Below, one piece after another: positions 9,453 to 21,598 of a stretch of 64,000 bases of DNA (positions are counted from its first letter, which is position 1; every line of letters starts with the position of its first letter). Origin of the DNA: an uncultured Clostridia bacterium (GTDB lineage Bacteria > Bacillota > Clostridia > TANB77 > CAG-508). Both the position numbers and the translations under genes were made by a program. The notes beneath the pieces were generated by a model. That model ran no database searches and was not told where the DNA came from. It saw only the letters and a program-made list of their open reading frames with translations. Where the stretch lies: assembly GCA_944386135.1 (NCBI GenBank), contig CALWZW010000002.1, forward strand, positions 31,926 through 95,925, given 5' to 3'.

Positions 9453-10010
9453 CTAAAAGTTGGTCTTATTATAGATTTCTCTGAAACATAAGGAGCTTTT
9501 CCGAAGTCCTTTAGACTTAAATATTTGAAGAGGATCTAATATATACCCTGAAAAATCCTTTTTTATTTCAAAAGTTGGAACTGGTATGACATGTTTTCCC
9601 TCTGTTACACGTATTCTTCTTGCTGTCTCGATTTCCTCTTGAGTTGCAATTTCATCTATTCTAATAATCTTAGATACTTTAGGAAGTCCTAAATTTTCTG
9701 CAATTTTATAAACCATATTATCAGAAGTTCCTAAAATCATTATACTTTCTGGTTTATACTTTTTAATAGCAGCCTGAATCTCTCTTCTTTCTGCTTCAGT
9801 TTGAAAAAGAGCATGTTTAACTGTTTCTATCTTTGTTGGAGCTTTTTTTGCAGAAGTACCTGCGATAACTTCATTATCTTTTATAAAAAGTCCATCATCA
9901 ATTATATAACTAACATTATTTTCTCCAGCTACATATTGAGCTCTGTAACTCTTTCCTGTTCCAGAAGGTCCAACAAAAGCATACACCTTTATATCTTTAA
10001 GAAACCACAT
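9453..10010 (-). CDS. uncharacterised P-loop NTPase
   Basis: 185 aa with Walker A GPSGTGKS. No further family assignment is possible by eye. Confidence 0.45.
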   Translation of the reverse strand: MWFLKDIKVYAFVGPSGTGKSYRAQYVAGENNVSYIIDDGLFIKDNEVIAGTSAKKAPTKIETVKHALFQTEAERREIQAAIKKYKPESIMILGTSDNMVYKIAENLGLPKVSKIIRIDEIATQEEIETARRIRVTEGKHVIPVPTFEIKKDFSGYILDPLQIFKSKGLRKSSLCFREIYNKTNF

Positions 10011-10031
10011 AAAAATATGCCTCCTATTATA

Positions 10032-11504
10032 TTATTTTTCTATAAGTGCAAAGTGAAATACATAATTATTATAAGCAGTATTAAAATCATTTTGACTAAC
10101 TACTTCTATATCATATTTTTCTTTAAGTTCATTTAGTATTCTGTAATCTCCTGTATCTAATATCCAAATTCTTCCATGATAATCTTTTAATTCATCTAAA
10201 TTATATATTATTTCCATATTAGGTCCAAAAGCCTTATATGCCTCTTCAACATCCCAAAATAAATAGTTATAAAAATATTGTCTATTTTCACTATATCTAG
10301 TACCTACAACAAATCCTGAATATTCTGAATTACAATATAAAATTGCATCATCTTTCTCAATATTATCCTCCATAAATTCAATTACCGAATTATTGCTAGA
10401 ATCATAATTTTCCTTTATAAAAAGTATATTATCAATCAATGATATTATGAATATTGTAGAACATATCATAATTGTAATATAAGTTTTTTTCTCCTTTGAC
10501 ATAAAAAACGCAATAAAGAAGATTAATAATCCAGTAATCACAATTAAATATCTATCTAATAATATTACAGATTGCATTATCAGTGATATAAGAAGAGCTG
10601 CTAGTATAATTGTCAAATAAATTCCTATTGCTAATATTGCTGGTCTTATTTCGTTCTTTTCTTTTTTCTCTTTGTAAATCATTCTAGCAATATATATGTA
10701 TATAACTAATCCTAACGCTAATCCCACATATTTATTTACTTTTGAGCAAAATTGCACATTTATAACTTGTATCAATGTTCCGTGGGAATGTTAAACTAAT
10801 CCAAAATCCTTCCGAAACATTAGTCATTTGTGTAATTAAACACATAAGCCATGGTATATACAATATAATTTGAAGTACTGCACAAATTATAAATTTTATA
10901 AGTTCCTTTTTCTTTTCCTTGAGATTTTTTAACAAATATATAAAAAGTAATAAATTTATAAGTCCTGAAGCCATCAAAGCATAATAATGAGTATATGCTC
11001 CTGCTAAACTAAAAATTCCAAATATAATTAAGTTTTTATTAGTAAATTTACCTTTATATAATCTATAAGCATATATTGATGTAATTGTTACAAATAACAT
11101 TGCCCAAGAATACATTCTTATTTCACTTGCATACTTAGTTATTCCCGGTAGAAATAAAATTAAAAATGAAAATAGTAGCCCTATTTTTTCTCCAAAATCT
11201 TTTCTAATATGTGTAAATCCTAATATAGATAAAATTGCTATCGGTACTATTGAAAATAATCTATATATTAAGATGTTTGAGCCAAAAAAGATATTTAATA
11301 CTTTTAACATAAAATAATATAGTATTGGATGTACATCATTACCACCAATTGACCATATTTCACTAAAACTATGTTTAACTATTGAAACCGTATAACTTTC
11401 ATCAAACCAAATATTTGAATGAAATGCCCCTAAACTTATGAAAATTATTCCGAGCTATGACTATTGCTATATGTATTTTTCTTATATTAAATTTTGACAT
11501 TTAA
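10032..11504 (-). pseudogene. ArnT/PMT-like (GT83/GT39 family) membrane glycosyltransferase, broken by at least two frameshifts
   Basis: Three consecutive minus-strand reading frames (11504 to about 11455, then 11310-10732, then 10775-10032) join into one roughly 490 aa multi-TM protein (IIFISLGAFHSNIWFDESYTV...MLKVLNIFFG...YSWAMLF...). The shifts are at about 11455 and about 10760. Confidence 0.6.
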
Positions 11505-11575
11505 TAATAATTCCTTTCTCTACTTAACAAAAGCGTGTATATTTCATATACACGCCTTTTGTCAAAAAAGTTTCC

Positions 11576-12805
11576 TTATATTACCTCGTTTATTTTTATA
11601 TCTCTAACGTGTTCAATTTTTTCCCAACTAGTTTCTCTTTTGAATAAGCATTTAAAGTTTATCATTAGCCAACTTGCTAAAAATATTGGATAACATAGAA
11701 GTCCTTTTATCATTGGTCTTATTGGTTTTCCATCAAGTTTCATTATTATAGCACCAGTTATAATTGGTAATATAAAAGTTGGTATTATATACATTAGATA
11801 ATTTTCAATAAGATCCATCCTAGTCATTCCGTCACCCATGTATATAGCTGCATTTACAAGTAATAAAACTAATGTAATAACAAACATTGGTATACTTCCA
11901 ACGATATACAATAAGCCGTCAAATGTCACAAGTGTTTTATTTTCTTTAACTGAATGAGCAAGTTCTTTAGTATATCTTCCCATACATTGTATGTGTCCAA
12001 CTGTCCATCTAGAACGTTGTGACCAGCTTTGTTTAAATCCAACAGGTTGTTCATCATAAACTATAGCATCTGTTGCCCAACCTAATTTCTTACCAGCTAT
12101 AATTCTCTGTAAAGAGAACTCTATATCTTCTGTTAAAGTATAAGTTTGCCATCCATTAGGCTTTATAACATCAAATCTTACCATAAAACCTGTTCCGTTT
12201 ATTAATGGTGATAATCCTAAATTATATCTAGCTAGGTGATAAAATCTATTCATCATCCAATAGAATATGGCATATCCTGAAGATACCCAACTATCTGTAG
12301 GATTTTTAATATCTCTGTATCCTTGAACTACATCTTCACCTTGGCATAATTTCTTGTTCATGTTTTTGATGAAATTTTGGTCAACAATATTATCAGCATC
12401 AAACACACAAAAAGCATCATAATCTGCATTTTCTTTTATCTTTTGAGCTAAAAACCATTGAAGTGCATGACCTTTTGTTCTACCTTCTGTATGATTTCTT
12501 TTATAAACTATTGCACCAGCTTCTTCTGCAATTTCTGCAGTTTTATCTGTACAATTATCTGCTATTACATAAATATCTAACAACTCTTTTGGGTAATTTT
12601 GCTTTTTTAGACTTTCTATTAAGTTTCTCACAACATATTCTTCATTATGTGCAGGTATTATTGCCATAAATTTATGATTTTTATTTACAAGAAGTGGCTT
12701 ATCTTTAAGCTTTACTAAAGAACATATGCTAATTAATAATTGGTATAACCAAAATATTGTTATAATCCATACTATTGCTTGTTGTAATATATATAAATAT
12801 TCCAT
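11576..12805 (-). CDS. family 2 glycosyltransferase, membrane-integrated (processive GT2, IcaA/cellulose-synthase-like)
   Basis: AIIPAHNEE..DIYVIADNCTD..FDADN..QRSRW and C-terminal TM helices. Confidence 0.7.
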   Translation of the reverse strand: MEYLYILQQAIVWIITIFWLYQLLISICSLVKLKDKPLLVNKNHKFMAIIPAHNEEYVVRNLIESLKKQNYPKELLDIYVIADNCTDKTAEIAEEAGAIVYKRNHTEGRTKGHALQWFLAQKIKENADYDAFCVFDADNIVDQNFIKNMNKKLCQGEDVVQGYRDIKNPTDSWVSSGYAIFYWMMNRFYHLARYNLGLSPLINGTGFMVRFDVIKPNGWQTYTLTEDIEFSLQRIIAGKKLGWATDAIVYDEQPVGFKQSWSQRSRWTVGHIQCMGRYTKELAHSVKENKTLVTFDGLLYIVGSIPMFVITLVLLLVNAAIYMGDGMTRMDLIENYLMYIIPTFILPIITGAIIMKLDGKPIRPMIKGLLCYPIFLASWLMINFKCLFKRETSWEKIEHVRDIKINEVI

Positions 12806-12957
12806 TTTTACCCTCTTTTCTTTTTCCTATTATTGCTTAAAAGCTTTATACCCCTAAATGATAATATATTTTTATTCAGCAAAATATATTATACAATATA
12901 TTATCAAAAAAAGCAAATTAATATTTTCTTAATTTATATATTTTTTATTAAATAATA

Positions 12958-15057
12958 TTAGTCTATGTCTTTAGCAGTTAAATTTATTCTACCTTGGTCA
13001 TCTATTTCGTAAACTTTTACTCTGATTACATCTCCAACATGTAGTACATCTTCTACATTCTTTATTCTTTCTTTAGATATTTTTGAAATATGAAGAAGTC
13101 CTTCTTTTCCTCCTCCAACATCTATGAAAGCTCCAAAGCCCATTATTCTGTCAACTTTTCCGTTATATATTCCACCAACTTCTATCTCTCTTACTATTTC
13201 ATCTATTAAATCTAATGCTTTCTTTCCGCTCTCTGAGTCTTGTGAATATATAAATACATTTCCATCTTCTTGAATGTCGATTTTTACTCCTGTTTCATCA
13301 ATAATTTTGTTTATAGTTTTTCCACCAGGTCCAATTACATCTTTTATTTTGTCAACTTTTATTTTTGTTGTAGTAATTTTTGGTGCATATTTAGATAATT
13401 CATGTCTTGGCTCAGATATTTGTTTTAACATTATTTCGTCTAATATATATTCTCTTGCTTTTTTTGTTCTTGCAAAAGCTTCTTCTATAATATTATATGT
13501 TAAACCATCGATTTTTATATCTACTTGTATTGCTGTTATTCCTTTATGTGTTCCTCCAACTTTAAAGTCCATATCACCAAAGAAGTCTTCTATTCCTTGT
13601 ATATCTGTAAGCATTATATATTTTGAAGGATCTTCACTATCTGTTACAAGTCCAGTTGAAATTCCAGCAACTGGTGCTTTTATCGGAACACCTGCATCCA
13701 TTAGTGCTAAAGTACTTCCACATATACTACCTTGTGATGTAGAACCATTTGAGCTTAATACTTCTGATACTACTCTAATCGCATAAGGAAATTCCTCTTT
13801 TGATGGCAATACTGGAACTAAAGCTTTTTCAGCAAGAGCACCATGTCCTATTTCACGTCTTCCTGGTCCACGAGATGTTCTAGCCTCTCCTACACTATAT
13901 GCAGGGAAATTATATTGATGCATATAACGTTTTTCATGTTCTTCATCCAATCCATCTAATAGTTGTGCTTCACTAAGCATTCCAAGTGTTGCAACAGACA
14001 TTACTTGTGTTTGTCCTCTTGTAAAGATTGCACTACCATGAGTTCTTGGAAGTACTCCAACTTCGCAAGATAGTGGTCTTATTTCATCTATTTTTCTTCC
14101 ATCTGGACGTTTGTGTTCTTCATATATCATCTTTCTAACACATTTTTTCTCTAATTTGTAGATTATTTCTCCAATTTCTTGTTTTTTCTCTTCTACAAAT
14201 TCCTCGCCATATTTTTCAGTAAGATATGTTGTAATATCTTCTGTTATTTTATCAATATTTGCATCTCTTACTTCTTTATCAACAGCTTGTACATCTTGAT
14301 ACATTCTATCTTTAAATTCATTTTCTACTTCTGAATATAACTCTTCTGAAACAGCAAATGACTTATATTGAAATTTAGGTTTTCCTATTTCTTTTTGGAT
14401 TTCAGAAATGAATTTACACATTTTTATTATTTCTTCATGTCCTTTTTTGATAGCTTCAAGCATTATATCTTCTGGTATTTCATTTGCTCCTGCCTCTATC
14501 ATAGTTATTTTTTCTAAAGTTCCTGCAGCTGTTAAAACTAAATCTGATTTTTCTCTTTGTGCTAAAGTTGGATTTATTATTATTTGTCCATCTACATATC
14601 CAACATTTACTGCAGCAGTTGGTCCTCCAAATGGAATATCTGATATTGCAAGTGCACATGATGTACCAATCATGGCAGCAACCTCTGGAGAATTGTCTGG
14701 ATCTACTGATAATACTGTCGCAATTACGCATACATCGTTTCTAAAATCTTTTGGGAATAATGGTCTTATTGGTCTATCTATTGCTCTTGAAGTAAGAATT
14801 GCCTTATCTGCTGGTTTTCCTTCCCTTTTTGTAAAGCTTCCTGGTATTTTTCCAACTGCATAAAGTTTTTCCTCATAATCAACTGATAATGGGAAAAAGT
14901 CTATTCCTTCTTTTGGTTCTTTTGAAGCTGTAACATTTACCATTACAACAGTTTCTCCATATCTTACCATTACGCTTCCATTTGCAAGTTCTGCTATCTT
15001 GCCATTTTCAATCACTAATTTTCTTCCTGCAAGTTCTGTTTCAAATGTTTTAAACAT
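12958..15057 (-). CDS. pnp: polynucleotide phosphorylase
   Basis: 699 aa. Two RNase PH domains, then KH and S1 domains (GGKTINKI..., HISKIS). Confidence 0.95.
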   Translation of the reverse strand: MFKTFETELAGRKLVIENGKIAELANGSVMVRYGETVVMVNVTASKEPKEGIDFFPLSVDYEEKLYAVGKIPGSFTKREGKPADKAILTSRAIDRPIRPLFPKDFRNDVCVIATVLSVDPDNSPEVAAMIGTSCALAISDIPFGGPTAAVNVGYVDGQIIINPTLAQREKSDLVLTAAGTLEKITMIEAGANEIPEDIMLEAIKKGHEEIIKMCKFISEIQKEIGKPKFQYKSFAVSEELYSEVENEFKDRMYQDVQAVDKEVRDANIDKITEDITTYLTEKYGEEFVEEKKQEIGEIIYKLEKKCVRKMIYEEHKRPDGRKIDEIRPLSCEVGVLPRTHGSAIFTRGQTQVMSVATLGMLSEAQLLDGLDEEHEKRYMHQYNFPAYSVGEARTSRGPGRREIGHGALAEKALVPVLPSKEEFPYAIRVVSEVLSSNGSTSQGSICGSTLALMDAGVPIKAPVAGISTGLVTDSEDPSKYIMLTDIQGIEDFFGDMDFKVGGTHKGITAIQVDIKIDGLTYNIIEEAFARTKKAREYILDEIMLKQISEPRHELSKYAPKITTTKIKVDKIKDVIGPGGKTINKIIDETGVKIDIQEDGNVFIYSQDSESGKKALDLIDEIVREIEVGGIYNGKVDRIMGFGAFIDVGGGKEGLLHISKISKERIKNVEDVLHVGDVIRVKVYEIDDQGRINLTAKDID

Positions 15058-15254
15058 TTCTTTTACCTCTTTTCTCTTAAAACTTTATATATATATAATC
15101 CACAAGTTTTAGTTCTAGTAACCTCAATAACATACTATTTTCTAAACATCTAACTTTTAGTACATTATTCAAGCTACTGACTAATCTCATGTGTATTACC
15201 TATATACATTTTTTGAGGCGTTCAATATAAAATTAAACGCCCCCACAATTAAAA

Positions 15255-15518
15255 TTATTTTCTTAAATTTAGTTTTTCAACTATGTCTTTATATCTAGTT
15301 TCATCTTTCTTAGCTAAATAGTTTAAAAGATTTCTTCTTTTACCAACCATTTTTAATAATCCACGTCTTGAGTGATTATCTTTAGTGTGGATTTTTAAAT
15401 GCTCAGTAAGTTCATTAATTCTTTCTGTTAAAAGAGCTACTTGAACTTCTGGAGAACCAGTATCATTTTCCTCTCTTTTATAAGTATTAATTAATTCTTG
15501 TTTTCTTTCCTTTGTCAT
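15255..15518 (-). CDS. rpsO: 30S ribosomal protein S15
   Basis: 87 aa. [22 protein letters not shown]. Confidence 0.95.
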   Translation of the reverse strand: MTKERKQELINTYKREENDTGSPEVQVALLTERINELTEHLKIHTKDNHSRRGLLKMVGKRRNLLNYLAKKDETRYKDIVEKLNLRK

Positions 15519-15681
15519 AATTACACCTCCATATTTATTTTATTTGCCTATTTCCTAGCATAAGTGGTGTCATTTTCCTTAAGCCACGAAAAAGGTATAT
15601 TTATACGTTATTATTTTACTATATTTTGTAAGTAATTGCAAGCTTTTTATAAAAAAACATGGCCTTTTTCCTATATATTTT

Positions 15682-16606
15682 TTATTTTTCTCCAATTACT
15701 TCTATCTCAAGTTCAATATTTTTTCCAGTTTTATCATATACTGTACTTTTTACATGTTCTATTAGCTTTAAGATATCAGAAGCTGTCGCATTTCCATCAT
15801 TTACAATAAAACCAGCATGTTTTTCAGAGACCTTTGCTCCGCCTATCTTTTTACCTTTTAAACCACATTCATCTATTAATTTGGCTGTAATAAAATCTTC
15901 TCCTCTTTTAAAAGTACTTCCAGCAGAAGGTTTATCATAAGGCTGTTTCTCCATGCGTAATTTTGCATATTCTTTCATCCTATTTTCTATTTCACTCTTT
16001 CTACCTTTTTTCAGTTTCAATGTGCTTTCTAATATTATGTATTTTTCAGAAGCAAATATGCTTTTTCTATATTCAAATTTATGTTCACTCAGGTTTAATT
16101 TGTGTGTACCTCCAGAATAATCTAATATTAAAGTTGAATATACGATATCTTTCATTTCTTTGCCGTAAGCACCAGCATTCATTTTTATTGCTCCTCCTAT
16201 TGTTCCTGGGATTCCGAGAAGCAAATTCGAAACCTTCTATTTGCAAATTTAGCAATTTTTGTGAAATTTCAGCATTTTTATTTCCACTACCAACTGTTAC
16301 AAAAATATCTTCCCCATTTTCTTCTATTTCAAACTTAGTAATCTCTATTTTGCAAACAATTCCTCTTATTCCTTTATCTGTCACTAAAACATTACTTCCG
16401 TTTCCTAGAATAAAAATTGGCAAATTTTCTCTTTGTGAAATTTCTAAAATATATTTTAACTTTTCTGCTGTATCTACTTTAACATAAATATCTGCACATC
16501 CACCAGTTTTAAACGATGTATGTTTTGACATTGGCTCATTTAGAAGTACGTTTTCCTTGCCAAGCTTTTCTTCTAATAATTTTATGATATCCATACTCTC
16601 CTCCAT
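15682..16606 (-). CDS. murB: UDP-N-acetylenolpyruvoylglucosamine reductase MurB, with an apparent frameshift near 16225
   Basis: The N-terminal FAD-binding part (16085-16606) and the C-terminal part (15682-16224, GIPGTIGGAIKMNAGAYG...STFKRG) are in different frames. The T-homopolymer GAATTTGCTTCTC at the junction suggests an indel. Confidence 0.8.
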
Positions 16607-16725
16607 TACTTTATTATTTTATCATAAATATATTTGTTTTTATAGTACTTTATGAAAATTTTGGATTATGCTAAAAAGGACATAGATAAATTTGCATCAT
16701 TTATCTACGTCCACTTTAACTGAGT

Positions 16726-18108
16726 TTAAAATTCTATTTTTTCCTCTATCCATTTTGATAAATCTGATATTTTTACTCTTACTTGTTCCATTGTATCCCT
16801 GTTTCTTATTGTTACAGTATCATCTTTTTCTGTATCAAAATCTATAGTTATACAATATGGTGTACCAATTTCATCTTCTCTTCTATATCTTTTTCCTATA
16901 CTTCCTGCTTCATCATAATCACACATAAATTTTTTAGAAAGCATATCATGTACTTCTTGTGCCTTTGGACTTAACTTTTTAGATAATGGAAGAACCGCAG
17001 CTTTAAATGGTGCAAGGTATGGATGCAATTTTAATACTGTTCTTACATCTCCTTCTCCAACTTCTTCTTGAGCATAAGCATTGCAAAGAAAAGCAAGTGC
17101 AACTCTATCACATCCAAGCGAAGGTTCAATACAATATGGTATATATTTTTCCTTTGTCTCATCATCTAAATATGTAAGGTCTTCTTTAGAATGTTCCATA
17201 TGTTGTCTTAAATCAAAATCTGTTCTATCAGCTATTCCCCAAAGTTCTCCCCAACCAAATGGGAATAAGAATTCTATATCTGTCGTTGCTTTACTATAAT
17301 GACTAAGTTCTTCTTTTTCATGATCTCTCAAGCGAATATTTTCTTCTTTCATTCCAAGAGACAATAAAAACTTTTTACAAAATTCCTTCCAATATGCATG
17401 CCATTCTAAGTCTGTTCCTGGTTTGCAGAAAAATTCCACTTCCATTTGTTCAAATTCTCTTATTCTAAATGTAAAGTTTCCAGGTGTTATCTCGTTTCTA
17501 AAAGCTTTTCCTATTTGTGCAACTCCCATTGGTAATTTTTTTCTTGTTGTCCTCAATACGTTTTTAAAATTAACAAATATTCCCTGTGCAGTTTCTGGCC
17601 TTAAATAGATTTCGGCTTTTGCGTCTTCTGTTACTCCTTGGAAAGTTTTAAACATAAGATTAAATTTTCTAATTCCTGTAAAATTTTCTTTTCCACAGTT
17701 TGGACAAGCTATATGATGTTCTTTCATATATTCTATCATCTTTTCATCTGACCAACCATCTACAACTTGCTCACAATTATTCTCATGCATCCATTCTTCT
17801 ATTAACTTATCAGCTCTATGACGTGTTTTGCATTCCTTACAGTCTATAAGCGGGTCACTAAAACCTCCAACATGTCCTGATGCAACCCATACTTGTGGAT
17901 TCATGAGAATTGCTGCATCTAGTCCAACATTATATTTACTTTCTTGTATAAATTTCTTTCTCCATGCGCTTTTTATGTTATTTTTTAATTCAACTCCTAG
18001 AGGTCCATAATCCCATGTATTTGCAAGTCCTCCATATATTTCAGAACCAGCATATACATATCCTCTTGATTTACATAGATTAACTATAGTGTCCATTTGT
18101 TCTATCAT
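16726..18108 (-). CDS. glyQS: glycine--tRNA ligase (dimeric class II)
   Basis: 460 aa. [17 protein letters not shown] matches GlyRS. Confidence 0.92.
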   Translation of the reverse strand: MIEQMDTIVNLCKSRGYVYAGSEIYGGLANTWDYGPLGVELKNNIKSAWRKKFIQESKYNVGLDAAILMNPQVWVASGHVGGFSDPLIDCKECKTRHRADKLIEEWMHENNCEQVVDGWSDEKMIEYMKEHHIACPNCGKENFTGIRKFNLMFKTFQGVTEDAKAEIYLRPETAQGIFVNFKNVLRTTRKKLPMGVAQIGKAFRNEITPGNFTFRIREFEQMEVEFFCKPGTDLEWHAYWKEFCKKFLLSLGMKEENIRLRDHEKEELSHYSKATTDIEFLFPFGWGELWGIADRTDFDLRQHMEHSKEDLTYLDDETKEKYIPYCIEPSLGCDRVALAFLCNAYAQEEVGEGDVRTVLKLHPYLAPFKAAVLPLSKKLSPKAQEVHDMLSKKFMCDYDEAGSIGKRYRREDEIGTPYCITIDFDTEKDDTVTIRNRDTMEQVRVKISDLSKWIEEKIEF

Positions 18109-18125
18109 GATTAAAGTCTTCCTTC

Positions 18126-18782
18126 CTATTTTTTCTTTTCAGTAGCAAAATTTTTGCTTTTATTGTTTAAATTAGCTGTAATTCCTAATAAACTCATTAT
18201 ATATATAAATATTCCTACAGGAATTGTGTATTCATTTATTGGAATTCTGCATATTGCTAGAATACTAACATATAATGCTCCTATTATAATTATTGTTATA
18301 AGTGGTTCTATCACAGATTTGTAAATTCCTAACTTTCTAAAAGCTATTCCATTATATATAAATATTATAACAAATGATAGAACTATTGGTGCAATGTAAT
18401 CTTTAACTAAATCAAAAATTCTTATAGCTGGCACATCAATCTCAATTATATAATTGTCTATTTCATCAAAGCCGTATTTTTCTACTAATTTATCTTTTAT
18501 ATTTTGTAATTGTTCATCAGTTATGTCTTTTAATTTTATAGAAACTGTGTCATAAAATTCATCAGTATATTCCACTTCATATTTTCCGCTAAATACTTCA
18601 CTTACTATTTGTCTAACGTCATCAAGGTTTGATTGTTCTTTCATATACACATTTAAGTTAGTATAGCTTCCAAATTCCAAACTTCTATTAAATTTAAGTG
18701 TACATGCCATTACTATTCCAACTGCTATGACTACTAAAGCTATTCCAAAAATGATTAGTTTTTTCTTCATTTCTTTTTTCAT
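18126..18782 (-). CDS. membrane protein: N-terminal TM, extracytoplasmic domain and C-terminal TM pair (SecF-like topology, weak)
   Basis: 218 aa. Topology only. Confidence 0.3.
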   Translation of the reverse strand: MKKEMKKKLIIFGIALVVIAVGIVMACTLKFNRSLEFGSYTNLNVYMKEQSNLDDVRQIVSEVFSGKYEVEYTDEFYDTVSIKLKDITDEQLQNIKDKLVEKYGFDEIDNYIIEIDVPAIRIFDLVKDYIAPIVLSFVIIFIYNGIAFRKLGIYKSVIEPLITIIIIGALYVSILAICRIPINEYTIPVGIFIYIMSLLGITANLNNKSKNFATEKKK

Positions 18783-18803
18783 TCCTTTCCTAAGTCAATC
18801 TAT

Positions 18804-20198
18804 TTAGCTTCTGCTTCCATTGTATTTTGAAACAAGCATTGCTCTCATAAACACCAAATTTGCAATTATCAAACTTACTATTCCATAGAATAATGTCATT
18901 CCTATTGAGAATATTTGCACTTGAGGCATAAATGTAAATACTACTGCGATAATTAGAAGTACTATTATTAAATCAAGTTTTTGTAAATAAGCTCCATAAG
19001 TTACAAATGATACATTCTCTAAACTTGGGTTTTCCTTTATGCTTTTTAGTATTTTTGTCATAAAATATGCATCAAATGCCATAAGTACTAGCATTGCCAT
19101 AATTCCACCAATTGAAATTGTTGTTGAAGTATATCTTATCATTATTAAAAGCATTGCTATCGCAGAAATAAAAGCTATACTGCAAATTGCTCCATTCAAT
19201 CTAAATCTAATTATCATATAAACAACTAATATTAGTGCAAGTCCAGCAACTACTCCTATTATTATATAGAAAGTATTAGTATCAATATTACTTGTCATAT
19301 ATTCTGTTGATGCTATTGTATATGTTAAAGGCATTTCATCATTATTTAAAAGCATTGCATAAACTTGTGCTTGTGTTGAGTATTGATAAATTGTAGCATC
19401 ATCAGTACCTGAACCTACTGCAATTGTTAATTCTCCTGTTGTCATTACTTCTGCAAAATATGAAGTTAAAAATTCTGTTCCTTCTATTGACATTGTAACT
19501 TGTTTTTGTTCATTCTCTGTCGTACTTTCGCTATCTGTTGTATTCTCGTCCGATTCTTCTAATTTTAAGTAATTTCTACTTACTTCTTCTAGTTTTTTTG
19601 CTCCTTCATCAGTGAACTTTATATCGAGATATATAATGACAGCACCTGTTTCATCATTTCCATAAACAACAGAAACATCTTTTAAATCAGATCTCTCTAA
19701 TAAAACTGTTCCATCTTCAGAATCTGTAAAAGAGAAATCTCCTTTTGCAAGTAGATATTGAAGTACAGTATCTGTAATTACATTATCTTCAAGTTCTACT
19801 ACCATTTCACCTGTATTTTCATTTAATCTAACATCATAATATTCTATTCCAAGGTCTTTTAATCTTCCCTCAAATATTTCCTTTGATTTTTTGTAGTTTT
19901 CTTTAGTTAGATTCTCTTCAGGATTAATTTTCACACTTTCAGTTGTATAATCTTCTTCATTTGCATCTTCTGGTATTTCTTCAACTTCATTACCATCTTT
20001 GTCATATATTTTATCTTCTGAAGCATCATCTATTTTAAAATATGTTACTCTCTTTCCTGTGAGTTCTGAAGAAAGTATATAATCTGGTAAAGCACTGTCA
20101 TATGAAATTAAGTCTTTTGAATATACCCCAATAAAGCCAATTATGACAATTAGTAATACAATTAATATTATTAGTGCAATTTTTAATTTCTTTTCCAA
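18804..20198 (-). CDS. membrane protein: N-terminal TM, about 300 aa acidic extracytoplasmic domain and a C-terminal 5-6 TM bundle (SecD/MMPL-like topology, weak)
   Basis: 464 aa. Topology only; no GLDLKGG motif. Confidence 0.3.
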   Translation of the reverse strand: MEKKLKIALIILIVLLIVIIGFIGVYSKDLISYDSALPDYILSSELTGKRVTYFKIDDASEDKIYDKDGNEVEEIPEDANEEDYTTESVKINPEENLTKENYKKSKEIFEGRLKDLGIEYYDVRLNENTGEMVVELEDNVITDTVLQYLLAKGDFSFTDSEDGTVLLERSDLKDVSVVYGNDETGAVIIYLDIKFTDEGAKKLEEVSRNYLKLEESDENTTDSESTTENEQKQVTMSIEGTEFLTSYFAEVMTTGELTIAVGSGTDDATIYQYSTQAQVYAMLLNNDEMPLTYTIASTEYMTSNIDTNTFYIIIGVVAGLALILVVYMIIRFRLNGAICSIAFISAIAMLLIMIRYTSTTISIGGIMAMLVLMAFDAYFMTKILKSIKENPSLENVSFVTYGAYLQKLDLIIVLLIIAVVFTFMPQVQIFSIGMTLFYGIVSLIIANLVFMRAMLVSKYNGSRS

Positions 20199-20231
20199 CT
20201 TTTTTCACATTCCTTTCTTTTTATATCTTAC

Positions 20232-20906
20232 TTACAATAATTTAGTTCCATTAATTATTAACTCAAACCATATGTTTAAATATTTGGCAGCATACTTACT
20301 CATAACTGTTCTATCAATAAATATTTCGAAATAGTCAATCACTGGACAAATCTCCGTATCAATTTCTATATCCAAACTTATTTTTCTTTCTTCTTTATTT
20401 ATTATAAGTCTTGCATCTGTAACAGCATAGTTTACCCTATCATGCTTATCAAATGTTGCCATATTCTTGTTTGTAACTCTATCTCTATGAACATCTGATT
20501 TGTCTGCAAGTATAAGTGCTGCTGATATATCACTTACTGCTGTTCCTGTTTCCTCATCATGATTTCCTATTGCCATCATAATTTCTGTTCTACTATTTAA
20601 GTCCATCCCCATATCTTTAAGTATGTTATACGCAAGTAACGCTCCATAATGTGCATGGTCTTTTCTATTTACACAATTTCCAATATCGTGTAAATATCCC
20701 GCAATTTCTGCAAGCTCTATTCTTTCTTTTGGATAACCTAATGCTCTTAATATATCTCCTGCTCTTTTAGATACTATTCCTATATGCCTTAGAGAATGTT
20801 CGGTATATCCTAATTCATTTAACTGCTTTTGAGCTCCCTGGACTAAAGCCTGTACTTCCTTGTTATTTTTTACCTCTTCAAGAGTTACCATAAACTTAAA
20901 TACCAT
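20232..20906 (-). CDS. HD-domain (HDIG) phosphohydrolase
   Basis: HSLRH...YLHDIGN...GNHDEE metal-binding motifs. Confidence 0.7.
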   Translation of the reverse strand: MVFKFMVTLEEVKNNKEVQALVQGAQKQLNELGYTEHSLRHIGIVSKRAGDILRALGYPKERIELAEIAGYLHDIGNCVNRKDHAHYGALLAYNILKDMGMDLNSRTEIMMAIGNHDEETGTAVSDISAALILADKSDVHRDRVTNKNMATFDKHDRVNYAVTDARLIINKEERKISLDIEIDTEICPVIDYFEIFIDRTVMSKYAAKYLNIWFELIINGTKLL

Positions 20907-21017
20907 TCCTTCCTTAGTATTAAAGTATAATCTATATATTTAAACTATACTTAATATCTAATAAATTTTATAATAAATCAATAAAAAATTCAACATAATT
21001 TTAAAAATTTTAAAAAG

Positions 21018-21048
21018 TTCTCTAGCTGATTCTAGAGAACTTTAATTA
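21018..21048 (-). terminator. rho-independent terminator downstream of greA
   Basis: AAGTTCTCTAG-CTGAT-CTAGAGAACTT perfect 11 bp stem, followed by a T-run on the minus strand. Confidence 0.7.
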
Positions 21049-21063
21049 TTATATATTTTTAAC

Positions 21064-21546
21064 CTATTTTGCAATTGATATACTTAATACTTTGTATTTA
21101 GCTACTCCATCTGGTATTTGAACTTCAACAACTTGATCTTTTTTAGCCCCTATAAGTGCAAGTCCTATTGGAGACTCATTTGATATTTTATTTTGAGATA
21201 GGTCTACTTCTGTAGAACCAACTATTGTATATTCAAAATCTTCATTATAATCTAAATCTCTTATTTTAACTGTATTTCCAACTTGAACAGTTTTTGTATT
21301 TATTTCAGACTCATTAATGATTTTTGCATATCTTAATTTATTTTCAAGATCTGCTATCTTTATTTCATTTTGAGCTTGTGCATTTTTAGCTTCATCATAT
21401 TCAGAATTTTCTGATAAATCTCCAAATCCTAAAGCTACTTTTATTCTTTCTGCTATTTCACTTCTTTTTTCTGTTTTTAAATACTCTAATTCTTTTTCTA
21501 TGTTATTATATCCTTCTTGTGTTAATATTATTTCTTTGTTTTCCAT
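21064..21546 (-). CDS. greA: transcription elongation factor GreA
   Basis: 160 aa. LTQEGYNNIEKELEYLK...GDLSENSEYDEAK. Confidence 0.92.
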   Translation of the reverse strand: MENKEIILTQEGYNNIEKELEYLKTEKRSEIAERIKVALGFGDLSENSEYDEAKNAQAQNEIKIADLENKLRYAKIINESEINTKTVQVGNTVKIRDLDYNEDFEYTIVGSTEVDLSQNKISNESPIGLALIGAKKDQVVEVQIPDGVAKYKVLSISIAK

Positions 21547-21598
21547 TTTGTTACCTCCTAGAATATAAAAAATGAACTAAATTAATTTATCTAATATA

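Noticed and set aside
9801-10136. 111 aa plus-strand ORF spanning the P-loop gene and the GT pseudogene junction
   Set aside because: It is antisense to two genes, with no RBS and low-complexity Ile/Phe/Lys content.
18126-20198. SecD/SecF assignment for the two membrane proteins
   Set aside because: The topology is similar, but the hallmark SecD/SecF periplasmic motifs (GLDLKGG, GIDFTGG) are not evident. I kept them as uncharacterised membrane proteins.
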